Shown here: positions 14,447-25,701 of the stretch, one piece after another | How positions within the stretch are numbered: position 1 is the stretch's first letter | Layout: each line of letters starts with the position of its first letter | NCBI GenBank assembly: GCA_905178155.1 | Contig: CAJINV010000001.1 | Location: forward strand, 13,266,635-13,330,634 | From: Amoebophrya sp. A120 | Lineage: Eukaryota; Protista; Dinoflagellata | DNA: 64,000 nt | Direction: 5' to 3' | Program-made: the position numbers and the translations under genes | Notes under the pieces: model-generated | Told to the model about the DNA's origin: nothing | Databases searched by the model: none | What the model saw: the letters and a program-made list of their open reading frames with translations, nothing else

Positions 14447-17400
14447 TTATTTCCGGTCGCGGTTGCTTTCCTTGTGGTCTCTGCTCCTAGTTTCCTTTTC
14501 CTTCTCTCGCTCCTTCTCCCGGTCCGCACCGCGGTCCCGGTCCGTCCTTCGCGAATTCTTTGTCGCATCACCGCCCTCGTTGTCGTCCTGCTCCACGAGC
14601 TTGGCCTCCTTTTTCTCCTCATCTTCTTTTCGCTTATTTTTGGCCTTGCTGTCACCCTCGTTGTCGGACTGAAGCTCTATCTCCCGGTAGTTGATGGCAC
14701 CATTGAACTTTGGATGCTTCTTTCTCTTCTGCGGACCTCCCACCTCCGCCTTGCGAAGCATCGGCGTTGCGCCGTCACCCAGGGCATCGACCGCGGCTGC
14801 ACCGTTGTTTTCCTCGTCGTCTCCGAGAAGCTGGTTGCTAGTACCCGCAGCGGCGGCTGTTGCCGGATCGACGTCCATGGTCACGTCACCGGCTTGTTGT
14901 TGCGCACCGGTTATTTGCAGTGGTAGATTCGGGCTGTGTCCCGTGAGCGCTTTGCTGAAGGCGCCAAAGCCGAGCTTTTGCTCCTTTTTCGCCAGCTTCT
15001 TTTTCTTCTGCAGGGCTTTGAGTTTCAACTTTTTCATCTTTTTCTGCTTGAGAACGGTCTTGAAGTTGTTGAATGCCTCGACGCCCATCTTCAGCTGGAG
15101 CTTTTTCTCTTTCTTTTTCCGCTCGATTTTCTTCTCCCGCTTCAAAAAGGCTTGGAGCGACACCTGCGGCAAGGGGTAGTCCGGAATGGGCTCGGGCTTG
15201 GGACCCAGTACGTGCTCGAGATCCTCGCGCCACTCCCCGAAATACATACCGGGCGTGATCAGTAAATGTGGAGGGTACTTCCACGTGCCATCACGTAACG
15301 TCTTCTTTTGCTGCTCCTTGCCCTCTTCAGCAGCGGCCTTCTCTTTCGCTTTCTTGGCCTCCTCGGGGTCGACGCGGAGATATCTATGTATTAAGCATTC
15401 CGATTTCTGTCGTGGTCTGTACCAAACAAAAAACATCAACATTCAAACAAGCATGGGCGGGATACAACGACACGACAGAAGACGAAAAAAGAAAAAACCA
15501 TCAGCACAGCAAGATCTTTCAATTTCAAATACCGCACTGCTAGTACCTTTCCAAATCCCCGAGGCCGAAGGCCCGGTAGCTGGTCTCTTCGATTTTTTTC
15601 TCCAGTTCCCGGATCACCTTGGGCCATTTGCGCTGAAGGTCTTTCCACTGCGTCGTGAGGTCGTCAAAGATTTTTTGGCTCGGCTTTACTTGATCCAACG
15701 TCCAGTCTTTGTAGGTCTTTGTCTTCTCCGCATTTGTCTTCACTTTGTTCAACTTGGTCTCGCACTGTGGTAAAGAAGGAAACGAGAGGTAGGCTTTTCT
15801 TTCAATTTGTTCGACTGACTAGTTTTGAAGAAGTGAAAGATTATCTTCACAAGGCCTGCAACTTCTGAAAACGAGATTCAATCGCATTCGCAATCAGTAC
15901 ATGCCAGCATACGAATCTTAAGTTGTGCTACTAGTAGTAGGTACCGACATAAAAAAGGAGGAAGCCAGCATCTACTTCAAATGTACCTCTGCGTGGACGC
16001 CCGTAAGCTTTTCATTGATCTTTTGAAACTCGGCTTTTTTATCCGCGACCTCCCTTTTCTTCGGATCCGAATCCCTGCTGGCGCGCTTGACTTTGTCAGC
16101 GAAATCCTCGAAGCCCGATTTGAATTCGACTACGCCATCCTTCGCAGCGTTGATGACTTTTTCTAGCACCTGCTTTCGCCGCTCCGCACTGAGGGCTTCT
16201 TTGCCAATTGCTGTCGCTGCGGCTGCAGGTGCAGCGCCGTCCTTTCCAGCTGCTGTCGCAGCTGCTGGAGTGGCTCCAGCCTGGTCCGGTTTTTTGTCTT
16301 TCTTTGCTTGATCCTGCTGCTGATCTACCTTGGCGTTGGCATTCGTATTCGCACCTTCATCGGGAGCTTTATTTCCGCTGCTTTTACCACTCGTCTCTCG
16401 TTCTACTCTTTTACTTTGACTTGGGCGGTCTCGTCCCGCGGACTTGTCAACATCTCGATTCATTTCTTTATCCGCGTGTTTACTGGCCTTGCTTTTTTCC
16501 GTGTTTTCCCGATCCTTTTCTCGGGTTGTCTCCCGCTCAACACGGTCTGATCGGTCCTTCGTGGGTTCTCGATCCCGTTCCCGGAGCTGCTTCTTCTCCT
16601 CCTCAGCCACCGGTTTGCTTGACTTGTGTTCCCTCGAGGAGACACCACTAGCGTGTTCCTTGTCCCCGCTTCTTTGCTCCGCGATGTCCTTTTCCTTGCT
16701 ACCCTCCTTGTTCCGGCTTCGGTCTTTTTCTCCCCGATGGTGCTGTTCCTTCGGCTCGTTGTTCATCTCGCGCCGGTAGCTGTGGTCCTTGTTGTCCCTC
16801 TGCTCCCTGTCTCCTCGTGGTTCGCGTTCGCCCCGCGCCGCCTCCCGTTCGCGCTCCGCCCGCTTCTCTTCCTTCTCCTTTTCGGACTTGGACTTCATGA
16901 CCAACCCGCCTCCGGTTGAAGTCGTTCCTTGATTCGACGTGGTCGTATTCCGGGCGTCCTTGTCCCGATTTATTTCCCGCTCGCGCACCTCCCGATTCGA
17001 CACCATGGACGTGGGTCGGACGTCTTTGTCGCTCTGTTTCGCCGTAATGTAGTGGTCCGGCGCCTTGTTGGGTTTCTCCTCCTTCTTGCTACCGCGGATA
17101 AAGTTGTTGTCCTGCTTATCGCCCCCGCCGCGCTCTCCTCGGTCCTTCTCCCGCTCCGTTGCCCGCTCGCGCTCGCGCTCCCGGTCTTTCTCTCGCGACA
17201 TCACGCCCGCGTCCTGAGATGTGGTGGTCATACACGATACTTCTTGTTGAAGAGATGATTCAGAGCCACTCGAAGATTCTTGCTCTGTAGTATCTGCAAA
17301 ATGCAACTTGGTATTAACAGGTCTTCTGTAGTCTGCTGGTGCTCGGAATGGCAAGAACGGCCCGCGCCCCGCTCTACTCCCAACACCACTTGTTCTTGCA

Positions 17401-18143
17401 TTGAAAGCCATAGTACTCGAGTTCGTGTTGCTTGCATCTTTACCAGTGGCTACACTACTACTGCCCATGCCAACATTATCAACGTCTCGCACACGTTGCG
17501 CTTCTGGCCCCCTCGATTGATCAACAAAATGTTGGGGGGCGACACCTCCTCTAGTACCGGGGGTCGTCGCACTACCTCCGCGGCCATTTCCAGCACTAGC
17601 AGCCACAATCACATCATTTTTAGGCGGTAGCGGCAAGAGACCACCACCTCGCGCACTGTTGCTGTACTCCCTCTTGCTACTAGCAGGACCAGAAGGCTGC
17701 TCCTGTTGTTCATCGAAATTGTCCCTGTTATACGAGGACGAGGACTTCTTAGGTGGTAAAGGGACCAGCTGTACCTTATTTTGTTCGCGCTGCCGCATGC
17801 GCTCCTTCTGTTGGTGTTCCTTGGCCGTCTGGCCGTCTTTCGTTTTCAAAGAAGCTTGCTGCATATTCATCTCCTGGTCCTTGCGCCGAATTTTCGCTTC
17901 CCGGTTATCGTGGTCGCGGTTGGAGCCGGTCCGCTTTTCCGGGACGGGAGATCGGTTGCTGGTGTTGCGGCCCCGGTCCCGCATGTCACGGTGGTCGCGG
18001 TCTTGCGCTCCCCGGTCGCGGTCGCGCCGATCCCCGCCGGTGCCATTGGCCGTGCCGTGCTTGTTCTTCATCCGGTTCTCTTCGTCCCGCTTTTTCTCCG
18101 CCAGTCTGGCCTTCAGCATGTCCGTGTGGCTTCTACTGGACAT
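14447..18143 (-). CDS. Highly charged R/E/D/K-rich low-complexity protein; 3 exons
   Basis: GT-AG introns 15765-15986 and 15384-15546 join ORFs 15972..18143, 15540..15752 and 14447..15442 in frame (VHAE|CETKLNK; DLER|YLRVDP). Confidence 0.75.
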
Positions 18144-19592
18144 TTTTCTTCACTCAGTGCCGTGCTGGGTTTGTCCTCGTTTCGCTAAAAGGAAAAAATT
18201 TCGACGAGATAGCGGTAAGTGCTGATGTTCTTGCCGGTCGATGTTGATGTCGTGGGTGAGGATTTTTCTACAGTGGTTGTTGAGTGTTCTTCAGGGATAT
18301 CTCTTCTGTAGGTGTAGTGTTACTAAACAGACGCTGCGGGGGAGGTTCTGGGGTGAGATAGGAAAGCGGCTGTAGGTTGATAGATTTACTACAACTAAAA
18401 ATCGAGATTGGCGTAGTTGTCAACCAGAGGTCGTTAGTCAGTAGACCGCTCGGAAACCAGTCGTCAGCCTGCGGGTCGTGCTTGTGGGCGCTCCAAGATA
18501 CTGGTGAAGTACACCCGTTTCATCTAGGCAAAGCTCTTCGAGAAAGAAGTCAACCTTTGTCTTGCCAACATCCACATCGCTTTTTTCTTTACTATTTTCT
18601 TAGAGGAGTTGTAGTAGTACTGTACTGTAGTTATTACTGCTCGTCTACAGAAGCTAGTTGCTCCAACCAAAAAATGGATAGCGTTACGGTAGATGAGGAT
18701 TATCGCTGTGGCTGTCAACAAGTGTTGTACATCGCTGCAATTGCAATTGGTATTTGCCTTTACATACTTAATGGTAATTTTCGTGATGATCGAGATCGGG
18801 ATTGCGATTGCGCGTTTACACAGAAACAAATCTGGTTCGGAGGTTAGTTTATTTTCTTCTAAACCCTAGAGCCAAACGTGAACAATACCAAGCAATATGA
18901 TCTAAAAGTAGTTGCTGAGAATGCCTAGAAGGGATTGCGTCTGCGATCTTTTGTTTCTTTTGTGCATCTTCTGCAATTGCTTTTGCTGAGTCTATCTGTT
19001 AGGAGGAATTGGTGCTCTATCTCTTTTCGTGTTTTTGTCGGATGGGTCTCTATGGAGGCTGCGGACACGCGGAATAAACTGGAACTGGAAGCGCTCCAGG
19101 AATGAAAGAACAGTATCTGCACGGTTCAGCGTAGACCTACCCCACCCGTGGCCGCTTGGCGAAACGAACAAATGCAAATCTGCGACACGACTATTCCATT
19201 TTTTAATTCACAAGCTCGGAAAATTGAAGTACAAGCATCTGGATCCAGCATGATGCTGAAAAGAGGTCTGCTACTCTTTGATTCCCACTCCTGTCTTACT
19301 CTGAAATCTTCACGTTCACCTTGACCGCGGGACATTTACATTTTTCTCTCTTCGATAATTTCTGAATATAATACATTTAGACGTTTCCTTCTTCACATTC
19401 GGATTCGCTTGTCGTCGCGCATAAGCATATTAATTGGAGGCATTGGTATTCATTGAAAAAGCAAAAGCAGTGAATTCCAGTTGTATTGCTCTGATTGTAT
19501 TTCATTTACATTTTCAAAAGCAGCGTATCTGTGCCTATTACTATTTACACTGACAATCAATAACTGATCCTCTCTGTCTCTGATCAGTCTGA

Positions 19593-20108
19593 TCATTCAG
19601 TGATAAAGTCTTCGGATTTTCGCCGCTTGGTGGGCGGTGAAATTTTTTCTTCTTTCTTCTCTTTCAAATCGGCTGGTTCCGACTTCTTAGAACAAGTTGT
19701 GCTTGCGCTATCCTGCTTGATTGTAGTTTCCTCCTGCTTTTTGATCCGCTCCGCCGCCGGCGGGACGACCACTTTCAGCGCGGTTGTGTAGGTCATTTCG
19801 CCAACATCGTCGTCTTCCGACTCGATCTCCTCATCTGAAGAATCGCCTCCGCCTAAACCGGAGAGTATGCGGAATACGGGATTCAGCTTTTGCGCTAATT
19901 TGTCCTTCTGTTCTGTTGTCATCTCCTTACCCTTGAAGTCGCTGAACTGCACTACTTCCCGTGTTACCTTCTGCGGCACCCTCGCTTGACCAATCGTGTA
20001 GTACTTCTCTCCTGTGGTTTTTTTGAGCTCAGCCGGGTCGTCAAGATTCGTGATTCGCAGCAACCTAGTGTAGTCCATGGTGCGGTCAAGAAACTGTTGG
20101 CGTTTCAT
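19593..20108 (-). CDS. Hypothetical protein
   Basis: ORF MKRQQFLDRTMDYTRLLRITNL..., with an acidic patch and a C-terminal NLS-like PPTKRRK. Confidence 0.55.
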   Translation of the reverse strand: MKRQQFLDRTMDYTRLLRITNLDDPAELKKTTGEKYYTIGQARVPQKVTREVVQFSDFKGKEMTTEQKDKLAQKLNPVFRILSGLGGGDSSDEEIESEDDDVGEMTYTTALKVVVPPAAERIKKQEETTIKQDSASTTCSKKSEPADLKEKKEEKISPPTKRRKSEDFITE

Positions 20109-20286
20109 TTTCGCTGGCAGTTTGGGCGGAAACGAAGCTAGCAAGGAGTCGCGAAACGGAAAGTTAGAATTTCTGCGGTCGCGGTCGGTTTCGTGATTCT
20201 CCGTAATGAGAAGAAAAACCTTCAAACCTGCAGAATTTTTTTTGTTATTCTTTATAATTGCTCAAGTACTTACAACGCAAGGAACC

Positions 20287-22965
20287 TTATCCGGGTGGAT
20301 CATGCATCAACTTCATGTCGATGTCAACGTCAACACACATCGAGGAAAGGAAAGCAATATCAGTGATACCTGCCGCATCTGCTGCTTGCGCCACACGGGA
20401 ATCTAAGCCTTTCAACTTCGCGATTTCTTCCGCGAGCAGAAAGTCTCTTGCTGTTCTGGCCGCCTCCCCGGCTGTGTTGTCCCTGGTTTCAGTTTCCGCA
20501 GAAGAGGAGGATGAGGATGAGCTCGATGAAGACGAGGATCCCATCATGGTGTTATCCTCACGATTAGGTGCGTATTTGATTCCCACCTTGTCCAGAAAGG
20601 CCACGGCGTTCGCCTTCATGCGAAGACTTTCGAGCTTGGCTCGTGGTTGCTCCTTGCAGCGGAAAATGTCGCTGTTGTCGCCGACACACGGGAACACCAA
20701 AAATCCGCCGGGCGTGAGATATTCCGGATCTGCCACAAGTCTTTCCAGTTCCGCCTGCAGATTTCGTTGGAGTTTCTCCTCACCATCTGGAGTAAGCGTG
20801 AGCACGACACCCCGTATCAGCAGATCGAAGAGCCGCGCGTTTCTCTCTATGGATCGCTTCTTCCAGTCCTTTTTCGAGGCAGTTTCGACGCCCTCCATGC
20901 ACTCGTCCTGCGGCGCAGCCATGGTCTGCCTCGCTGGCGTCGGGCAATTGGTGGGAGTTGCAATCAGCGCGCGCTGCTCGGGAGCTGGGAAGCGCACTTT
21001 TAGGAAGGACTTCGACCACAGATTGATCGGGGTGGGTCGAAACTCTCCGCACAGAAGAGTGGACCCGACGTACTTCTGCGACATGTTGGCATAGTCGTAC
21101 CACTCCAATGCCCAGAAGTTGACTGCCTGCTGTGTTATACCGTCGTCGGCTCCGAAGTATGCGGAAAAATGGGCTCTAATGTCGTCGTCGTCCATCAGTT
21201 CCGGCAGACGCGCGGCTAACGCACCCCACTTCGGAATCTTCAACAGCCGGTAGGCGCCACCGCAATCGCAATGCTCATGAACCAGGATAGGCTGAAAGAA
21301 CATCTCCAGGCCGCCACCCGCAGCCGCAACTGCGCGGGCTAGGACGCTGTCTTTATCTCGGAGGTGCTGCAACTGCTTCTGCGTGAGGCTTTTGCGCGCG
21401 GTTTGCCCCTCTTCGGGAAAAATTTCGTCGTTGCTGTAAATTGACCATGTGGGAAATCCGACCGTACCGCCCTGTGTCAAAAAAGATGGATCTGCTACCA
21501 ATCGCCGCAGTTCCGCGGTCAGCTTCCTTTCGAGCGCGACGTCAGCGCTTTCTTTCTTGGAAAAAAGGCTTTCCGATGGTTCAGTTGTTTGCAACAGGTC
21601 TATCGACCGCAGAATCAGGTAGGTAACAGTCACGCGCGCGCCCTGCGTCACTTCCTCCACATCAAAAGTCACGTCATCAACGCCGGCACATGCGACGCAG
21701 CGCAGCTCGCGGTCGCTTCGCGCGCAACCGGCTTCTTTGCTTCCGAACAGGTAGGCGGGAGTTTCGACCTGCTTGCCATGCGTCCCGTCAAAGCCGGCGA
21801 CAAAGGGGCTGCGGAATCCTTCCGTCGCCGCGTCAAAGGTGGTGGCACCGCCCTCGAAATAGGCGGGTAGTAACACTTTCACAGTTCCTGCCAACGCCGC
21901 TCGCTCACGAGAACTCAATACTGGCACCTCGGTGATCCGGCAAGCCCGTCGATGTCCGTGGTGCTGATACAGCTCAATGCTGTGCTGCTTCAACTCCATT
22001 CCGCCGAAGGATGTCAGACCGAGCGGATCGCGCAGCTGCGGGGTCTTGAAAAGAATTTTCTCTAGCATGGTGGTCAGGGATTCTGGTCCAGCGCGGCTCG
22101 ACCTCGCGCTCGAGGTCGCCGCGGCGTCAATCGTAACCTCGAATTTGTCGCCCTCCAGGGTGAGGACATCCTCGGGGTCCATGGCGAACTTCGAAGCCTC
22201 CTCAGTCTGCGGCGCGGAGCAGGACATCGCGCCAACCAACGGCGCTAGTCTTGCACTTTGTTCAGCCACCATTGCGCTGCGCTTCGCAATTTTTGGAGCG
22301 TCGTTCCTCGCCCTCTCTTCGGCCATTTCGTCCAGCTCTTCCTCTTGCTGCTGCCGCAGGAGGATCTGCTTCGATTTTCGTGGCGGCCTGAACATATCGA
22401 GAAGATGCTCGCATTGCTTGACGGGTGGGGCGTTTTCGTTCTTCTTTGCAGTCCGCTTCGGCGGCGCGAACCCCGACAGCGAATCGGGCTGTTTCGGAGC
22501 GTGAATCGTCACTGTCGTACCTGTCTCAACGATTCGCACCTGTGGCGGCGCCGGGATTGCAAAGTTAAAAGCTTCGACCTTTGGAACTTTTTTCTTCTCC
22601 GCTTCTTGCAACATTTTTCCGAGGTTTTCGCACTTCTTGTCGTTGTACTCTCGCTCGTCCGAGTCGTAAAAGTCCTCGTCGTCATCGTCGGAAATTTCTT
22701 CCACCTCGTCGTCGGAATCGTCACTGTACTCGCCATTGTCCTCTTCTGAGTCGCCTTCTAACGAATCGTCTCCGGCGTCATCCATATCCTCGTCGATGCA
22801 CGAATGATCGTCGTCCGGATCGTCAGAGCAATCTTCGTGCTCGTTGTCCTCCTGCTCCAGCTTCTTTTCTTCCCCCGACATCTGGGCTGGATTATCTTCT
22901 GGCTGCTCGGCTTGCAGCTCAGGTGCGGCTGCAGGAGAGGTAGCGTTTTCACTACCAGCGTCCAT
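20287..22965 (-). CDS. Acidic N-terminus plus degenerate 2OG-Fe(II) oxygenase-like domain with an internally repeated C-terminal module
   Basis: GTVKVLLPAYFEGG...DDVTFDVEEVTQGARVTVTYLI...LVADPSFLTQGGTVGFP resembles the DSBH pattern GSLVVVLP.HEGG..DVEHEVxxVTSGxRVTLTYNL. Recognised by eye. Confidence 0.6.
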   Translation of the reverse strand: MDAGSENATSPAAAPELQAEQPEDNPAQMSGEEKKLEQEDNEHEDCSDDPDDDHSCIDEDMDDAGDDSLEGDSEEDNGEYSDDSDDEVEEISDDDDEDFYDSDEREYNDKKCENLGKMLQEAEKKKVPKVEAFNFAIPAPPQVRIVETGTTVTIHAPKQPDSLSGFAPPKRTAKKNENAPPVKQCEHLLDMFRPPRKSKQILLRQQQEEELDEMAEERARNDAPKIAKRSAMVAEQSARLAPLVGAMSCSAPQTEEASKFAMDPEDVLTLEGDKFEVTIDAAATSSARSSRAGPESLTTMLEKILFKTPQLRDPLGLTSFGGMELKQHSIELYQHHGHRRACRITEVPVLSSRERAALAGTVKVLLPAYFEGGATTFDAATEGFRSPFVAGFDGTHGKQVETPAYLFGSKEAGCARSDRELRCVACAGVDDVTFDVEEVTQGARVTVTYLILRSIDLLQTTEPSESLFSKKESADVALERKLTAELRRLVADPSFLTQGGTVGFPTWSIYSNDEIFPEEGQTARKSLTQKQLQHLRDKDSVLARAVAAAGGGLEMFFQPILVHEHCDCGGAYRLLKIPKWGALAARLPELMDDDDIRAHFSAYFGADDGITQQAVNFWALEWYDYANMSQKYVGSTLLCGEFRPTPINLWSKSFLKVRFPAPEQRALIATPTNCPTPARQTMAAPQDECMEGVETASKKDWKKRSIERNARLFDLLIRGVVLTLTPDGEEKLQRNLQAELERLVADPEYLTPGGFLVFPCVGDNSDIFRCKEQPRAKLESLRMKANAVAFLDKVGIKYAPNREDNTMMGSSSSSSSSSSSSSAETETRDNTAGEAARTARDFLLAEEIAKLKGLDSRVAQAADAAGITDIAFLSSMCVDVDIDMKLMHDPPG

Positions 22966-23893
22966 TTTGCGCGATGACGGACTAGACTGATTTTTCGGCT
23001 GCAGAAGATGTGAACCGATCGTCAAGCACGAACAATTCCTTCAAACTTCAAACTGCGACTGTACCCTTTGGCAAGGCAGCGGCCAGGAAATCATGCTAAA
23101 CACGGACGAAAAAAAAAACCGTCCCAGAGGGAAAAATCAAAACGACGAGACCATGAGTTTGTGTTGATGATGACGACCCGAACTTGTCTGCACTTCTGCC
23201 AATGTCTCTCTCTCCTGCTCTCTTTGTTCTTTGTCTTACTCGTAGTTTCCTTTGAGTTCAAAACCCCTGATATGATTTGAAAAACACAATTTGTAGATCA
23301 TGAAAAAGTTTGGAAAATTCCGATCGGAATTGTTTTTTCTGTCGTTTGAAAGGCGCTCCATTCTCAAACACAAGACTGGGGTATTCGCTAGTGCTATTGA
23401 AAATGATTTGGTTTCTGAAGACCACGACCACGCAATGACTTTCACATCAGTGCGGTGGGTCTTTATTGCGATTTTCTCCGACTACAACGGGCGGGAAGGG
23501 AATCGATAACAACAAAACTAGAAAGAACAAGTGCCATGCTGAACAGAACCCTATCGATCTGTGAGCTCAGTTTCGAGATACAGAACGTTGACCCTACTAA
23601 GTTACACTAGCGGGGGTACATTCCTTGCGAACATAGAGCGTCTCTATGACTATGTTGGGCTTCTTGTAGTAGCATGTAGCAGTTGCTGTGCTGGGGGAAA
23701 GACTGACCACGCAGCGCTGCGGGCCGTTATGCATAGCATAGATGGCGAAAGATATTACCCACGATCTATGGGAATCAAATCGCAAGAAAAATGTTGGTGC
23801 GTTTTCATGTCCATGAGAGAATGAAAGCAAACATGCGAATGCGCGCCCTCAATTTGCGAAGGGGTAAGAATTGAAATCCGCCATCGTGACTAA

Positions 23894-24755
23894 TTATGAT
23901 TCCTTCTTCTCTTCACCCTTCTTTTCGACATATCTGGGAACCTTTGCCCACAGCTTCTCGACTTCTGCCTTGCCCTTTGCCACCAACGGATCGACTTGCG
24001 CGTGGATTTCCTTTTGGAATCTGCCGTAGGTGAACGCTATGTTCCACGCAAGAAACACAGAAAGCAGGAGGCCAAACCAAGACAGGAGGAGGTGCATGCA
24101 GTACCTGTTGTGAATAAAGTCATGACTAGTATCGACACCGTCACAGACAGAGAGGTCTAGATATATTAAAGAGCGAACATGATATCGAAAATCATTCTTT
24201 CATCATGAAAATTCGTAGAAGAAGTTGTACAGTCCAGCCAATGCGGCGCCCGACTGCTTGCAGTCTTGCCATGTGAGAAGAGGCACTGCAACTGCGACAA
24301 GAGACGCACTCTGGTCATATACTTCCACGACGGAAGACGCGACGACCTCCCTGCTCACTATCTGTTCCAGGCAGCATTTTTCCTGTACAAACGCGATACC
24401 TGTGTGTGTATGGCATTATGATGCGTTTCAACTCATGGCAAAATGCATACATTCATAGCTCAAAAAATGTCAGGTGAATTTCACCATCTTCAAAGAGTGT
24501 CTATCAGCTCCGGGTTACTTCGGGAGCGCCATGCATTGTAACAGTGTCCTTTCAACACAGTCAAATCTTTTTACGTCCGGTCATTTTTCCGACGATGCCG
24601 GCGCAGAGGAGGAGAATCGCCGCCCATACGAGCAGCCAAACGAAGAAGTCCACAATGCTGTATTGCAGCACGAGCAGAACGGCGTTCCCCGCAGCAAGCA
24701 CAGCGCCCGTCTTGACCGGGTCCTCCCAACGAAGCAACTGACTGCAGCACGACAT
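23894..24755 (-). CDS. Reticulon-like ER-shaping protein; 3 exons
   Basis: LLRWEDPVKTGAV motif and two long hydrophobic hairpins. Middle exon LLTWQDCKQSG; C-terminal LWAKVPRY. Two GT-AG introns. Confidence 0.8.
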
Positions 24756-25701
24756 TGTCGAGAGAAGTGCAAGTGGGTACAAAGAAATTAAGCAAAAAAG
24801 TGCGAAATAAAGCGGTGGCCGATAGCCCTACAACTTATAGGAGAAAAGTCGCTTACGCTTCCTTTTAGAAAAGAGAAATCAAAGCGAATAATCTCAGTAT
24901 CTACGTCGAATGGGTCCTTGGCCTCAAAATCTTTGCGTATTTTTCAAAAGTGCTCTGTCAATCGTCGCTACGGGCGGCGTAGTCGTAGAGAGAGACAATT
25001 ATGAAGTTACAACAAATAACTATCGCTGGGATCTGAAGGAGCGCGGTGAGTAAGTAGTTGAGAACTTTTTCTTACACTGAGGATTGAAAATAAGCTGTTG
25101 TTCGCGGGGAACCAACGGGATCTTCCTGTCGCTGCGATGATTGATAGAAGATAAGGATCGAACTGTGTGTTGTCTCAAACGAGCCCCTATTATCCTATGT
25201 AATCATGCGCTGATGCTGATCCTCCAAATCCTCAATGCATCAAATGCACATGCTGTACTACGTACATGATCTTAACTCGTCCTGGAACGGAATCAAGGTC
25301 TGTGTCGGTGCATCTGATCCTGCTCTTTCGCAAAGAGGTTTTTCAGTTCTCGCACCACGGTGAACTAATATAGTTAGACATGTTCTTCTTGGGGAGCTAT
25401 AGTATACCTACGACCGATAAAAAATCGTCCATTTAAAGTACTTTGACAGACATCTGCAGTATCCGCCACAGAGTGGCTTCTTGCGAACACAGCATCTTCA
25501 GATGATGCTCCACATGCTCCTCAACACTGTGCGCTGTCTTTCGTTTTTTTCAACTGAGCGACCACTCAGATGTGCACCTGAGGTTCACAAACGATCTTGC
25601 GTTACACGTTTGGCTCTGAGAAGAGACTGCCTGCTGACACAGCCTGCGACAGGCGTGAAGAACTCGTGCATGTTTATTCGCGGCAGCGGTAAAAAGCGAT
25701 G

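Noticed and set aside
18400-19400. Possible small multi-exon gene (FAFVRF RNP1-like hexapeptide; hydrophobic ORF 18524..18829)
   Set aside because: I could not build a consistent start-to-stop exon model.
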